The translations under genes and the position numbers were made by a program. 64,000 nucleotides of DNA from a phage. The notes under the pieces are model-generated. The model was not told the DNA's origin and ran no database searches. It saw only the letters and a list, made by a program, of their open reading frames with translations. The stretch lies in sequence record PZ534511.1. The stretch is one strand, 5' to 3'. This document shows, piece after piece, positions 40,704 through 49,246 of this stretch (position 1 is its first letter; each line of letters begins with the position of its first letter).

Positions 40704-41681
40704 TTATTTGTTAGATTCTGCACGTGCACGAGCAAGTGCTTTTGCAACGTTTTCAGCAAGAATTTCTTCTGCGGATTTCGCAATATCATCCACAACAGGT
40801 TCGCCATCATTACCATGTTCAGTGGTGGCAAACTCTTCTTTAGTTTTATGCACCTCTGCTTCCAGCTCTTCAATTTTTGCTTGAGCTTTCTCCAGCATAG
40901 CTACGATAGGTTCGTTAGCTTTTTCCAGCATGAAGTTAACCAGGGTTGCGTGATCTTCTTCACCAACAAAGCTTAAAGCTTGAGCCTTAGTCAGCATTTT
41001 AGCTTTTTCAACTTCAACCTGGGCCTTGATGATTTCTTCAGCTTTACTCTGGGTTGCTTTCAGCTCTTCTACTTGCTTCAGCAGATCCAGATACTCTTTA
41101 GTTTTGGTTACGTCCACCGGATTCTCCTCGGTATTTGCGGATTTTGCAACATCATCCACCTCGGTAGTTTTATCCACCTCAGCAGGTTCCTGTACCGCCT
41201 TGATCAGGTTCCCTTCTTTATCGAAGAGATCAGCGGTTACTTGTTCAAAAATCTGTTGTGTTTTTAACAGGCTGTATTGATCTACCACACTAAGCTGCTT
41301 GCCTTCTTTTGCAGCTTTATGAATGGTCACGTTATCACAACGCTCTTCCAGCCATGCAATACAAGACTCTGCGTCAGCTTGCGCCCATTCCCAATCAGGA
41401 TGCTCTTTAGCCCAAGCCTCCTCTTCAATCTCAAAACCAAGCATGTGTGCAAGTGCTTTAGCATCATCATACCACATATCGAAGAAACGACGCAGGTATT
41501 CTTCAAAACTAAGCTCCACAGTAACTTGGCGAAGTGCCTTAACAATGTCGTCTGTTAACTGCTCAGGCTTAAGATCACTCTTCATTAAAAGAGATACAGG
41601 TCTGTTGTTAGCGCTATAGCCTTGCGCCTTATGGCACAGGGCAATCCCCTTCTCTTTAATAGTAATCGTTTTTTCAGACAT
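40704..41681 (-). CDS. scaffolding protein (325 aa)
   Basis: Highly acidic, coiled-coil-like sequence (EELKATQSKAEEIIKAQVEVEKAK), between protease-like gene and capsid. Confidence 0.5.
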   Translation of the reverse strand: MSEKTITIKEKGIALCHKAQGYSANNRPVSLLMKSDLKPEQLTDDIVKALRQVTVELSFEEYLRRFFDMWYDDAKALAHMLGFEIEEEAWAKEHPDWEWAQADAESCIAWLEERCDNVTIHKAAKEGKQLSVVDQYSLLKTQQIFEQVTADLFDKEGNLIKAVQEPAEVDKTTEVDDVAKSANTEENPVDVTKTKEYLDLLKQVEELKATQSKAEEIIKAQVEVEKAKMLTKAQALSFVGEEDHATLVNFMLEKANEPIVAMLEKAQAKIEELEAEVHKTKEEFATTEHGNDGEPVVDDIAKSAEEILAENVAKALARARAESNK

Positions 41682-42112
41682 TATTCATTGCCCTCTTCTA
41701 CAACACTGATTCCGAAGTTTACGTTGGTAATTTCACCAGTTTCTTCATCAACATTACCTGTTGCCTGAATGCTTAGGCCACCAACAATGCCAGCCTTCTT
41801 AGCTTCCCATAGTTCAGGATTATTGTATTTAACTTTAGCAACCCAAGAGCCAGCCTTGATGACCTGCTCAGTGCCAATTACTACAACATCAAACTCTTCT
41901 TGAATCCACGTCTTTTCAATAGTGAAAGCATCTGTAGAGGTCAAGTGAAAAAGGTTTTCAGAAACTAGGCCTGCGGCGTATGCTGCGTCCCAGTTATCTT
42001 TAGCCTTTTTGATGGTGTCTTTACTCATCCACTCACCGTGAGCATCTTTAGTGTCAGGCTCGTAGATGATTTCGTAGGAAATCATTTCTTCCTGTGGCAT
42101 CTTATTCCCCAT
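41681..42112 (-). CDS. prohead protease or head maturation protein (putative)
   Basis: ORF between portal and scaffold; start moved to first ATG after portal stop (42110-42112); true start uncertain. Confidence 0.3.
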   Translation of the reverse strand: MGNKMPQEEMISYEIIYEPDTKDAHGEWMSKDTIKKAKDNWDAAYAAGLVSENLFHLTSTDAFTIEKTWIQEEFDVVVIGTEQVIKAGSWVAKVKYNNPELWEAKKAGIVGGLSIQATGNVDEETGEITNVNFGISVVEEGNE

Positions 42113-42167
42113 GTGGATTATTTTATCACGCCAAAGGAGGTTTTGCAACCCCCTGTGTTGATAATTT

Positions 42168-43724
42168 TTAATTTTCCATGTTGGATATGGAATTATCTCT
42201 GGTTGATGACATCTTAGAAGTGCCGTTACCAGTGGATCCTGCAGCCATTCCATCACCAGCCCTACTGATGTCCTGGCCCAAGAGCTTCATCAGCTCTTCC
42301 TGATCCATGTCCTCGTCAAATCTTTCATCAAACCCGCCTACTTCAAGAATCTTATTAATTACTGCAGGAGTTTTTGGCAAGTAACCTACAGCACCGATCC
42401 TCTGGACAAATTTGGAGAAGCTCTCCATGTCCACCTCTTCAATCAGACCAGGTTTCAGTTTAGGCATATCATCATCTTCAAGGATGATACCATTCAATGC
42501 CAGAAGCTGTGGAATAAGATCCTTATTGAAGGCTTCAGTGATAATATCTATATCACGCTGAACAAAATGACCATGGATAGACTGTTTTGACTCAGACAGA
42601 GAGAAGGATCCAACGTTATCGTTACCGAGGTTAATAAAGCCAGCACCGAAACGGTCAAGAATCGCCTTCTTACGGGCATCAATCAAATCTTTAGTCGAAT
42701 ACTGCTTACCCATACCATCAACCCCCTTCAGGGTCATGGAGTAAAGCTCTTTACCAGACTTATCTCTATCAGACGGAAGTATAAAGAAACTTTGCTCACC
42801 ACTATGGGCGTTTGCTGCGTCAAGCATAAGGTCTGCAACCATTCTCCCTTCCATTGAATTCGGGTCAATGCTGGCCTTGTTCAAAATATTGGAAGGAATT
42901 TTCAGCTCAAGCACGCCACCAAGGTCTTTGGAACAGCCAACAACCTCAAGGTTTTCAATCAGAACTTTCTCACGGAAAGATCTGTAGCAACCTATCATCG
43001 GTGACACACCTGCAGGGTTAGATTCTGTTCCTGACAGGGTCATGAGCATAAGCTTTTTAGCAGGGATGAAAATTTCAGGCTCATTAAAGCCTTTTGAAGG
43101 CATTGCAGCAAGAGGTCCAGCCCAGCGTGCATTCTGAGTGTTTAGAAATGCATTAGGTGACTGATAAATACCTGTCAGTGTTCTACTATTCTTGTCAAAA
43201 ACAAACGGCTCTGATCTGGACAGGCTGGCCTGAGGTCGGAATGCAATTTTATCAATAAGAAGCATCCCGGCATATTTACCTTCTTTCTCTCTGCGGTATA
43301 CTTTCTCAAACAGTGAAAAACCATACTCGTTAAAGGTAGCTGCGCTTCTTGCAATATCTCGAAGAGTTTGTTGGTTTGCCAAATTACGCAAAGAATACTC
43401 TATAAGCTCGGCAGCTTTCTTAGAGTCTTCACTTTTAACATTATAAAGGATCTTAAAATCATTGAATGCTTTCGTGATGAAAACATATTTTGTATCTAAG
43501 GCAGTAGCAACTGTGGAATCACATTTCATAGTCTCCACTGTGGCAATCAGCTGAGGCCAACGCAATTCCTCAACCATCATAGATTGCGATTCTGCCATAA
43601 TTTGGGAAAGTGCGCCAGAACCGATCTCACTCATACGAACATTATGAGTTGGTGCGCCTGCGTTCCCAGATTTATTCACAGTTTTGGCTGTGGCGTTGTG
43701 TTTCCTGCGGTTCTTTTTGGACAC
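42168..43724 (-). CDS. portal protein (518 aa)
   Basis: Size and position directly downstream of terminase large subunit; GTG start with GAGGGG RBS. Confidence 0.55.
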   Translation of the reverse strand: MSKKNRRKHNATAKTVNKSGNAGAPTHNVRMSEIGSGALSQIMAESQSMMVEELRWPQLIATVETMKCDSTVATALDTKYVFITKAFNDFKILYNVKSEDSKKAAELIEYSLRNLANQQTLRDIARSAATFNEYGFSLFEKVYRREKEGKYAGMLLIDKIAFRPQASLSRSEPFVFDKNSRTLTGIYQSPNAFLNTQNARWAGPLAAMPSKGFNEPEIFIPAKKLMLMTLSGTESNPAGVSPMIGCYRSFREKVLIENLEVVGCSKDLGGVLELKIPSNILNKASIDPNSMEGRMVADLMLDAANAHSGEQSFFILPSDRDKSGKELYSMTLKGVDGMGKQYSTKDLIDARKKAILDRFGAGFINLGNDNVGSFSLSESKQSIHGHFVQRDIDIITEAFNKDLIPQLLALNGIILEDDDMPKLKPGLIEEVDMESFSKFVQRIGAVGYLPKTPAVINKILEVGGFDERFDEDMDQEELMKLLGQDISRAGDGMAAGSTGNGTSKMSSTRDNSISNMEN

Positions 43725-43744
43725 AAGCTTTACCCCTCAAAACA

Positions 43745-43774
43745 GTATAACAAAATAGCCCTCGTCAGAGGGCT
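43745..43774 (-). terminator. hairpin/terminator-attenuator between terminase and portal
   Basis: agccctc-gtcag-agggct perfect 7-bp stem (43757-43774) followed on minus RNA by AUUUUGUUAU. Confidence 0.4.
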
Positions 43775-43824
43775 AGTATCTCCAATTACTTTATTGTACC
43801 ACATCTAATTAAGATTGGCAACAC

Positions 43825-44625
43825 TTAGATAAAACGCTTGAACATAGAAGGTGATGAGATTGATGGAATCACACAAGGAAGTGCTACCTCCTCTTTCTCC
43901 AGGAAATTAATCGCAGAAGCTACGCAGTCGGCCCAGTCGTCTTTTCTGTTAAATGTTGATCTTTCCCCGTTGAATTTTTCAAGTTCAGTCAGAAATGCTT
44001 CCAGAGTATCAGGATGGAAACTGGATTTTACAATCCTCACCATTCCTTGTTGGGCAAGATTGGCAAAAGGTGAGAACCTTGTCAGTTTAGACTTGTTGGA
44101 AGGCATTGGGTCTTCTTCAACCCTGAACCCTTCGGCAAGCAAGGATCTGGAGGAGGTTAAGAACTCACTCTTACCTGCCTGCCCTGGGTCCACAGAGAAG
44201 ACGATTATGCAATCATCACCATCGAACTGCGCCTGTTTCCTGATGATCACATCTCGTTCACCAGCCTTTTTACAGAACTTGCCTTCCAGACCTGTGGAAT
44301 ACCTCCCGTCATCCACGTTCTCAGGACAATAATCACCGGACAGGTAATAAAAGCCGTCGCTATCTTTACTTACCTTAATACTGGCAGTAAAGTCAGGAAA
44401 TTTATTACCGGAAGTTCTCTCGGTTCCTGCCTTATCCCATGCCCTGCAAGATACTGACCCAAGAGGTACTCTATCGGCATCACGAAGGAAAGATCTTTGA
44501 AAATAGTTTGCACCCTCAGGCTTTGCAAACCAGTTACCATGGAGAAGCTGAGCTTTTTCCAGCTCTGGTAGACCTTCAAGGAAAGCAAGGTATTCTGGGT
44601 TATCTCTCAGGCAGACAGGATTATC
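43825..44625 (-). CDS. terL: terminase large subunit, exon 3 (nuclease domain); 5' boundary approximate
   Basis: Frame open from about 44631 to stop at 43825; contains nuclease-type acidic motifs (CRAWDKAGTE, DCIIVFSVDPGQAG, KDDWADCVASAIN); upstream intron carries group I R/S-like elements. Confidence 0.6.
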   Translation of the reverse strand, partial: DNPVCLRDNPEYLAFLEGLPELEKAQLLHGNWFAKPEGANYFQRSFLRDADRVPLGSVSCRAWDKAGTERTSGNKFPDFTASIKVSKDSDGFYYLSGDYCPENVDDGRYSTGLEGKFCKKAGERDVIIRKQAQFDGDDCIIVFSVDPGQAGKSEFLTSSRSLLAEGFRVEEDPMPSNKSKLTRFSPFANLAQQGMVRIVKSSFHPDTLEAFLTELEKFNGERSTFNRKDDWADCVASAINFLEKEEVALPCVIPSISSPSMFKRFI

Positions 44626-45604
44626 GAATCCTTATATTCAAAGGTGGTCGCAACACCACCTTCCGCACCTTTACGTGCTGCTGCATGTTACCATGCAGAG
44701 TAGACTATATCACCACCCATTTCAGGGTGCTTCGCTTTTCGAGCGCCATAAGCTTGCGCCCTACTCCCTCTCGGGATAGTCGTTGAACTACATTACCAAT
44801 CGTAATTGTTTGAAATATAGGTGTAAGTCTTACGGTCTTTTATTCCTTTAACAACACTAAAACTTACTCCCCACTTCTTAGCTATTTTATTGACACACAA
44901 GACCTTATCACTAAGATCCTCGCAGATACCTATTATCTTGTGCTCACTTATCCGATTAGAGGTTGGCACTTTTCTAAAGTTAAACTCTTTAGAAATATCT
45001 GGGTATACTGAGCCATTCTTTATACCACTTACAAGTGGTTGATTGACACCGAACATTTCACAAATGTCTTTTACCCTTGCGCCTTGTTCTAACAGCCTAC
45101 ATATTTCAAGAGCAGTGGCATCATCCAGGGACCTGTATTTATTGACATAGTCCTTTTTAAGTCCCATTTCATGAGCGTGATGTGTGTTTTCCTCAGGCGT
45201 TGTCCACTCAAGGTTCCATGCGGCGTTATTCAACTTATTACCATCTAGGTGGTTTACTTGAGTTTTCACGCTGGGATTGTCATTATCAACAAAAGTCATA
45301 GCAATCACTCTGTGAACGAGCACTTGGAACTTTTTACCGTCCTCGCACAAAGTTACCATAGCATAGCCAGTCTTTTTCTGCACATTAGGATGGAGGAATT
45401 TATTAGAATACAGACTGTAAATTCTGCCATCGTATGTAGCACAATAATGATTGTAGCCTAAAAAGCCTAAATTTTTCATTTCAAACATCTCCCTACTACA
45501 GGTTCGGAAGGGTAATTATAGCTGCTGATTGTCCGTTTAGCAATCGGATTTCCCAGCAATTAACGAAGTTATTCGACGTGCATTTCTGCACGAAGCCACT
45601 ATCA
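44626..45604 (-). mobile_element. group I intron 2 in terminase gene (boundaries +/- about 15 nt)
   Basis: Separates terminase exon 2 and 3; contains HNH ORF plus conserved-looking elements GTTCAACGACTA (plus-strand tagtcgttgaac 44778-44789) and GATATAGTC (plus 44703-44711). Confidence 0.55.
44793..45488 (-). CDS. HNH homing endonuclease (intron-encoded)
   Basis: 231 aa; HNH core NHLDGNKLNNAAWNLEWTTPEENTHH; located wholly within intron 2. Confidence 0.65.
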   Translation of the reverse strand: MFEMKNLGFLGYNHYCATYDGRIYSLYSNKFLHPNVQKKTGYAMVTLCEDGKKFQVLVHRVIAMTFVDNDNPSVKTQVNHLDGNKLNNAAWNLEWTTPEENTHHAHEMGLKKDYVNKYRSLDDATALEICRLLEQGARVKDICEMFGVNQPLVSGIKNGSVYPDISKEFNFRKVPTSNRISEHKIIGICEDLSDKVLCVNKIAKKWGVSFSVVKGIKDRKTYTYISNNYDW

Positions 45605-45925
45605 TTTAATGGTTGCGCCTATAAACGAGAATGACAACGGTCTTGGCTTGATCTCAACACCCAGTCCGTTAACCGTGGTGTATTTCTCTATCAACTCTTC
45701 TTTAGAGTCTCCCCAGATAAATTCACCGTCGCGTCGGATAAAATATCTTTTCTTACCGCATTTCTCCGGATCTGGATACCCTTCATCGTCCAACCACCAT
45801 CTAACCAGTTTGGCAAGCATGTGTTCTGAATCGGGGTTACAGCTGATAACCATTCTTGATGGATACTTTGACTGAGATCGCAGACGAGACATCAGATAGT
45901 CTATCTGCTCCCATTCGAATTGTGT
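45605..45925 (-). CDS. terL: terminase large subunit, exon 2 (ATPase coupling region); boundaries approximate
   Basis: Frame open 45928..45605; sequence TQFEWEQIDYLMSRLRS...MVISCNPDSEHMLAKL continues logically after exon 1 Walker B (FDEG). Confidence 0.55.
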
Positions 45926-46808
45926 CGTTTATGTTCGGGCAAGGTCGCTAGTCTTGCCCCGCCATTTTCAGGCAGCTGCATGTCTCCATGCAGACCAGAC
46001 TATATCTTATGAATGTGTAAATACTCTGCCGCTCTAAGAATAGTTTCCTCATCCTCTTGGAAGAAACCTAAAGCTCTGTTGCATTTATCACAAAGCAACC
46101 CTCTTACAGCACCAGTTTTATGGTCATGATCAACACAAAAGAAATCTCTATACCCTTGCGTCCTATACTCATCAAGGGATATTCTACAAATGGCACACTT
46201 ATGATCTTGATCTGAGAGTAGACGATAGTATTCATCTTTTGTTATGTGAAATTTCTTCTCAATCTGATAAAACTTTTCACACATCTTACACCTGTTCGTA
46301 ACCAGATATACTTTACCATAGTCACGTTTTGTGTAAAAACTATCAGCGAGCATACTTTCATGACAAGATTTGCATTCAAAAAGTTCACCTTTCTTCAGCA
46401 AGTCTTGAATAAACAATGCTGCGTCATCTCTCTTAACCATATTTTTGTTTTTACGAGATCCACCCTTCCTGTAGTACATATAGCATTCCTTGCATGTACC
46501 TGAGTATCCATCCTTGCTCTTAGATGATAAAAAGAAATCATCAATAGGTAGAACTCTTTGGCAATCCATACATTTTTTAGTATTACACATTCACCCTCCC
46601 GTTTCGAATCGCTTGATTCTACGTCTTTCGACTAGTCGTTGAACGTTCATCCTCTCGGATGCTTCGCTGCGGATTATCTAAATTAACACACTGTTACCAT
46701 ACCTTCGATCTCTCTTCGAAGCCTCTATCATGTTACCATGACAGGTTGGTGGTGTCAATAATAAAGATTTCCCCGCAATTAGGGAGGTTTTACGAGAGCT
46801 ACAAATTA
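45926..46808 (-). mobile_element. group I intron 1 in terminase gene (boundaries +/- about 15 nt)
   Basis: Inserted immediately after Walker B codons; contains R-like element (plus tagtcgttgaac 46633-46644), HNH ORF, S-like element (plus gactatatc about 45999-46007). Confidence 0.55.
46000..46590 (-). CDS. HNH/endonuclease VII-like homing endonuclease (intron-encoded)
   Basis: 196 aa; N-terminal Cys-rich zinc finger and C-terminal CVDHDHKTGAVRGLLCDKCN motif; ATG with GGGAGGG RBS; inside intron 1. Confidence 0.65.
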   Translation of the reverse strand: MCNTKKCMDCQRVLPIDDFFLSSKSKDGYSGTCKECYMYYRKGGSRKNKNMVKRDDAALFIQDLLKKGELFECKSCHESMLADSFYTKRDYGKVYLVTNRCKMCEKFYQIEKKFHITKDEYYRLLSDQDHKCAICRISLDEYRTQGYRDFFCVDHDHKTGAVRGLLCDKCNRALGFFQEDEETILRAAEYLHIHKI

Positions 46809-47234
46809 ACCCTCATCGAAGCAAACCATGGTATACTCAAGCCCTTGATGGTTAAGCTTATCTTGTACATACTCCATGTGGCAGTATTTTACAACAGCTC
46901 CCTTTTTGCTTCTATCCCACTTGCCGGTGTTCGGATCAAACCGTGGAAAAATGAACTTATGATCCTTCTCTCTGAACTTTGGCTTAATGTTTTCAGGCAG
47001 ATCACTATAAATAGCTACTGCTTTAGGCCATAGTCCACCCTCACCTTCCAACTGTGGGGTTGTTCTTCGGAACATAACCACAGAGCTGTGGGGGTCATCA
47101 ATAATTTTAAGTGGCATCAATTGCAAGAGGAACGACTTGCCAGACCCTGCGGCACCGCCGATTACCAAAATATCTGCATCGTTTTCAAGGATCATCTTCT
47201 GCTTTTCAGAACACGGTCCGTAAATCTTAGACAT
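46809..47234 (-). CDS. terL: terminase large subunit, exon 1 (ATPase Walker A/B)
   Basis: Walker A GGAAGSGKS, Walker B MVCFDEG at exon end; in-frame TAA follows immediately (intron start); ATG overlaps spanin stop (TAATG). Confidence 0.7.
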
Positions 47235-47521
47235 TAACCTCTCTCCTTTGGAAACAGTGTTCTAATATAGTCTTGCAAAATGATCAATTTAGCTCTATCA
47301 TTGCTACAAGACAGATTATTATCCCTCATAATGCCAGAATTCACTGCATCTGGCGCACCTTTCTTCAAAGGCATAGCTTTAGCAGGTGGTTTCATGGCAC
47401 CTTCCGGGGGTTTAACAATCAACCTTCCTACATCAGGAGGGTCAATCTTGTATTCTCTCTCAACGCTGGTTGCACACCCACATAATAACAAGCACACAAT
47501 AAACAGTGCAGCAACTCTCAT
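47234..47521 (-). CDS. o-spanin (Rz1-like outer-membrane lipoprotein)
   Basis: 95 aa; signal peptide ending in lipobox-like LLCGC, Pro-rich mature region; overlaps i-spanin by 4 nt. Confidence 0.55.
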   Translation of the reverse strand: MRVAALFIVCLLLCGCATSVEREYKIDPPDVGRLIVKPPEGAMKPPAKAMPLKKGAPDAVNSGIMRDNNLSCSNDRAKLIILQDYIRTLFPKERG

Positions 47522-47916
47522 CGACCCTCCTGATTAATACTCTCATTATAAATATCTATAAGCTGATCAGGGAGTGTTGACTTCTTACCCTCAGGTGATT
47601 GGAGGTAAATAATCTGCTTTTCTTTACCTGCCCTCTCAGCTATATTTAATTTATCCTGCAGATCAGAAAGAGATTTTTCAAGGTTTTTAACCTCCTCTGC
47701 GTGGCCCATTTTAATCTTGTCGGCCTGCTTTTGTTGCTGATCAAGGATCCGTTCCCACTTTAACTCTGTTGCTGACACACCCTCCTGGTAGGCATCATTA
47801 AGCTTGGAGTTAAACCAATACACGGCCCCAAGATAAGCTGTACCTATCGCAGCTGCAAAAACTAAACCTTTTATGATCCCTTTATACCTACTCAGCCATG
47901 TTAAAACTGAAATCAT
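47518..47916 (-). CDS. i-spanin (Rz-like)
   Basis: 132 aa; N-terminal TM (GLVFAAAIGTAYLGAVYW) followed by coiled-coil periplasmic domain. Confidence 0.55.
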   Translation of the reverse strand: MISVLTWLSRYKGIIKGLVFAAAIGTAYLGAVYWFNSKLNDAYQEGVSATELKWERILDQQQKQADKIKMGHAEEVKNLEKSLSDLQDKLNIAERAGKEKQIIYLQSPEGKKSTLPDQLIDIYNESINQEGR

Positions 47917-47930
47917 TTTAAGGCTCCAGA

Positions 47931-47965
47931 AACGAAAAAACCCCGCAGCTATGCAGCTAACGGGG
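47931..47965 (-). terminator. rho-independent terminator upstream of spanin genes
   Basis: ccccg...cgggg stem with internal agct pairing (47941-47965), U-run on minus RNA from aacgaaaaaa. Confidence 0.45.
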
Positions 47966-48021
47966 CGGGTTAAAATTGAGTAACCTAAATAGATCGAAAC
48001 TAACTAAAAGGAGACTAATAC

Positions 48022-48292
48022 TTATCGAGGCACTCGGTGGATGATTCTAACAGTAACTGCATTTTCATTCATCAAGTATGCATCTACATCTCTGTAAATA
48101 TAAAACTTCTGCTCACTATCAACAACACAAGCTACTGCCCCTTCAGAGTTGTCTTCAAAAAAGACCACCACTGCATCGCAGCTGAGTTCATGATATGACT
48201 CTCGAAGATTTACAGCCAGAGGATTGAAATCGTCACGAAAATCTACAGTATGGGTTGGATTTACACGCTCTACAATTTTAAGTGTATACATT
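48022..48292 (-). CDS. hypothetical protein (90 aa)
   Basis: ATG at 48290-48292 (MYTLKIVERV); track N-terminal extension to 48381 rejected because it overlaps tRNA-Pro. Confidence 0.4.
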
Positions 48293-48337
48293 TTAAAGGT
48301 TCCTTTTGTTTGTATATGTTTAAAGTATAACTGAAAG

Positions 48338-48414
48338 TGGTCTCCACGGAGTGATTCGAACACTCGACCTCCTGATCCCAAATCAGGCGCTCTACCAAGC
48401 TGAGCTACGCGGAG
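48338..48414 (-). tRNA. tRNA-Pro (anticodon UGG)
   Basis: Manual fold: acceptor CUCCGCG/CGUGGAG, D-arm GCUC/GAGC, anticodon loop UUUGGGA, T-loop UUCGAAU, CCA encoded. Confidence 0.8.
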
Positions 48415-48425
48415 TATTTATTATT

Positions 48426-48500
48426 TGGTGGCCCTGGGTGGAATTGAACCACCGTCTGGCGATTATGAGTCGCTTGCTTGAACCTTCCAGCTACAGGGCC
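48426..48500 (-). tRNA. tRNA-Met or tRNA-Ile2 (anticodon CAU)
   Basis: Acceptor GGCCCUG/CAGGGCC, anticodon loop CUCAUAA, T-arm GGUGG-UUCAAUU-CCACC, CCA encoded; G1-C72 suggests elongator type. Confidence 0.75.
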
Positions 48501-48501
48501 A

Positions 48502-48577
48502 TGGTGCTGATAGCAGGACTCGAACCTGCAACCTATTGATTACAAATCAATTGCACTACCAATTGTGCTACATCAGC
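48502..48577 (-). tRNA. tRNA-Thr (anticodon UGU)
   Basis: Acceptor GCUGAUG/UAUCAGC, anticodon stem-loop AUUGA-UUUGUAA-UCAAU, T-loop UUCGAGU, CCA encoded. Confidence 0.8.
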
Positions 48578-48582
48578 AAAAA

Positions 48583-48681
48583 GGTGCTAGGTGATGGAAT
48601 CGAACCACCTATGTATTCAACGACTACCTCGTCTATTTTCAGGATTAAAAATCCTCGCCCTTGCCAAAGGGCTTACCTAGC
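48583..48681 (-). tRNA. atypical tRNA-like gene (about 99 nt; identity unresolved, CCA not encoded)
   Basis: Perfect 7-bp acceptor (GCUAGGU/ACCUAGC), D-arm GCCC/GGGC, T-arm GGUGG-UUCGAUU-CCAUC, but about 47 nt between D- and T-arms containing AGGAUU-UUU-AAUCCU hairpin and a second GACGA-GGUAG-UCGUU hairpin. Confidence 0.45.
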
Positions 48682-48779
48682 TCAGTATGTTGACCATGTT
48701 GCTAGTCGGCGATGACGACTGTAACATTTGATAATCCGGTTCTGCTTCCGGCTTTCGCTTAATTACAAGGTCAACAATA

Positions 48780-48870
48780 TGGCTGAGGGTAATGGAATCG
48801 AACCATCATCGAGTCATCCTCAACGGGACGGTTTTCAAGACCGCTTGAGCACCATTGCTCCCTACCCTCA
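48780..48870 (-). tRNA. tRNA-Ser (anticodon UGA), type II
   Basis: Anticodon stem-loop GCGGU-CUUGAAA-ACCGU, long variable arm (UUGAG-GAUGA-CUCGA), T-loop UUCGAUU, discriminator G, CCA encoded. Confidence 0.75.
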
Positions 48871-48984
48871 TTTATAAACAATACTGATAATGACACTGAT
48901 TTTCGAGCAGTTAGTGACTAGTATAAACGACGATAAATATCAATGCCATTATCTGTATGATTTATGCATTTAAAAATGTAAATT

Positions 48985-49071
48985 TGGTGGGGAGTGGTGG
49001 AGTCGAACCACCCGAGTCGCAATGACAATAGATTTACAGTCTACACCGCTACCTCTACGGGATAACTCCCC
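48985..49071 (-). tRNA. tRNA-Tyr (anticodon GUA), type II
   Basis: Acceptor GGGGAGU/ACUCCCC, anticodon loop CUGUAAA, long variable arm, T-loop UUCGACU, CCA encoded. Confidence 0.8.
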
Positions 49072-49075
49072 AATT

Positions 49076-49150
49076 TGGCACCCCGTACTGGACTCGAACC
49101 AGTGTCAACGGCTTAGAAGGCCGCTGCTTTATCCACTAAGCTAACAGGGC
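49076..49150 (-). tRNA. tRNA-Arg (anticodon UCU)
   Basis: Anticodon stem-loop GCGGC-CUUCUAA-GCCGU, T-arm ACUGG-UUCGAGU-CCAGU, acceptor with two G-U pairs, CCA encoded. Confidence 0.7.
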
Positions 49151-49208
49151 ACTGGGTGGCTTTCTTTTACACCTTAGCCGCCAGAAAAGGTGGGAGACCA
49201 TGTTTACA

Positions 49209-49237
49209 ATATTACACTGTTAAGCAAAGTTTGTCAA
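49209..49237 (-). promoter_or_regulatory. sigma70-like promoter driving tRNA cluster
   Basis: On minus strand TTGACA (plus 49232-49237), 17-nt spacer, TAATAT (plus 49209-49214); about 55 nt upstream of tRNA-Arg. Confidence 0.55.
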
Positions 49238-49246
49238 GAAAATATT

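Noticed and set aside
44370-44786. ORFs 44370..44588 (-) and 44439..44786 (+)
   Set aside because: They overlap terminase exon 3 and the intron core in wrong frames or strand and lack motifs.
48293-48381. N-terminal extension of ORF 48022..48381 given in the track
   Set aside because: The extension overlaps tRNA-Pro and starts at a non-ATG codon; the internal ATG at 48292 is the sensible start.
48583-48681. Ochre-suppressor reading (anticodon UUA) of the atypical tRNA-like element
   Set aside because: Depends on an arbitrary loop register; a 4-bp stem with UUUUUAA loop (anticodon UUU) is equally possible, and the overall length is non-canonical. Identity left unresolved.
48338-49150. tRNA genes as a prophage attachment site
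   Set aside because: Seven clustered tRNAs with their own promoter inside a phage late/early junction and no integrase; typical phage-encoded tRNA cluster.
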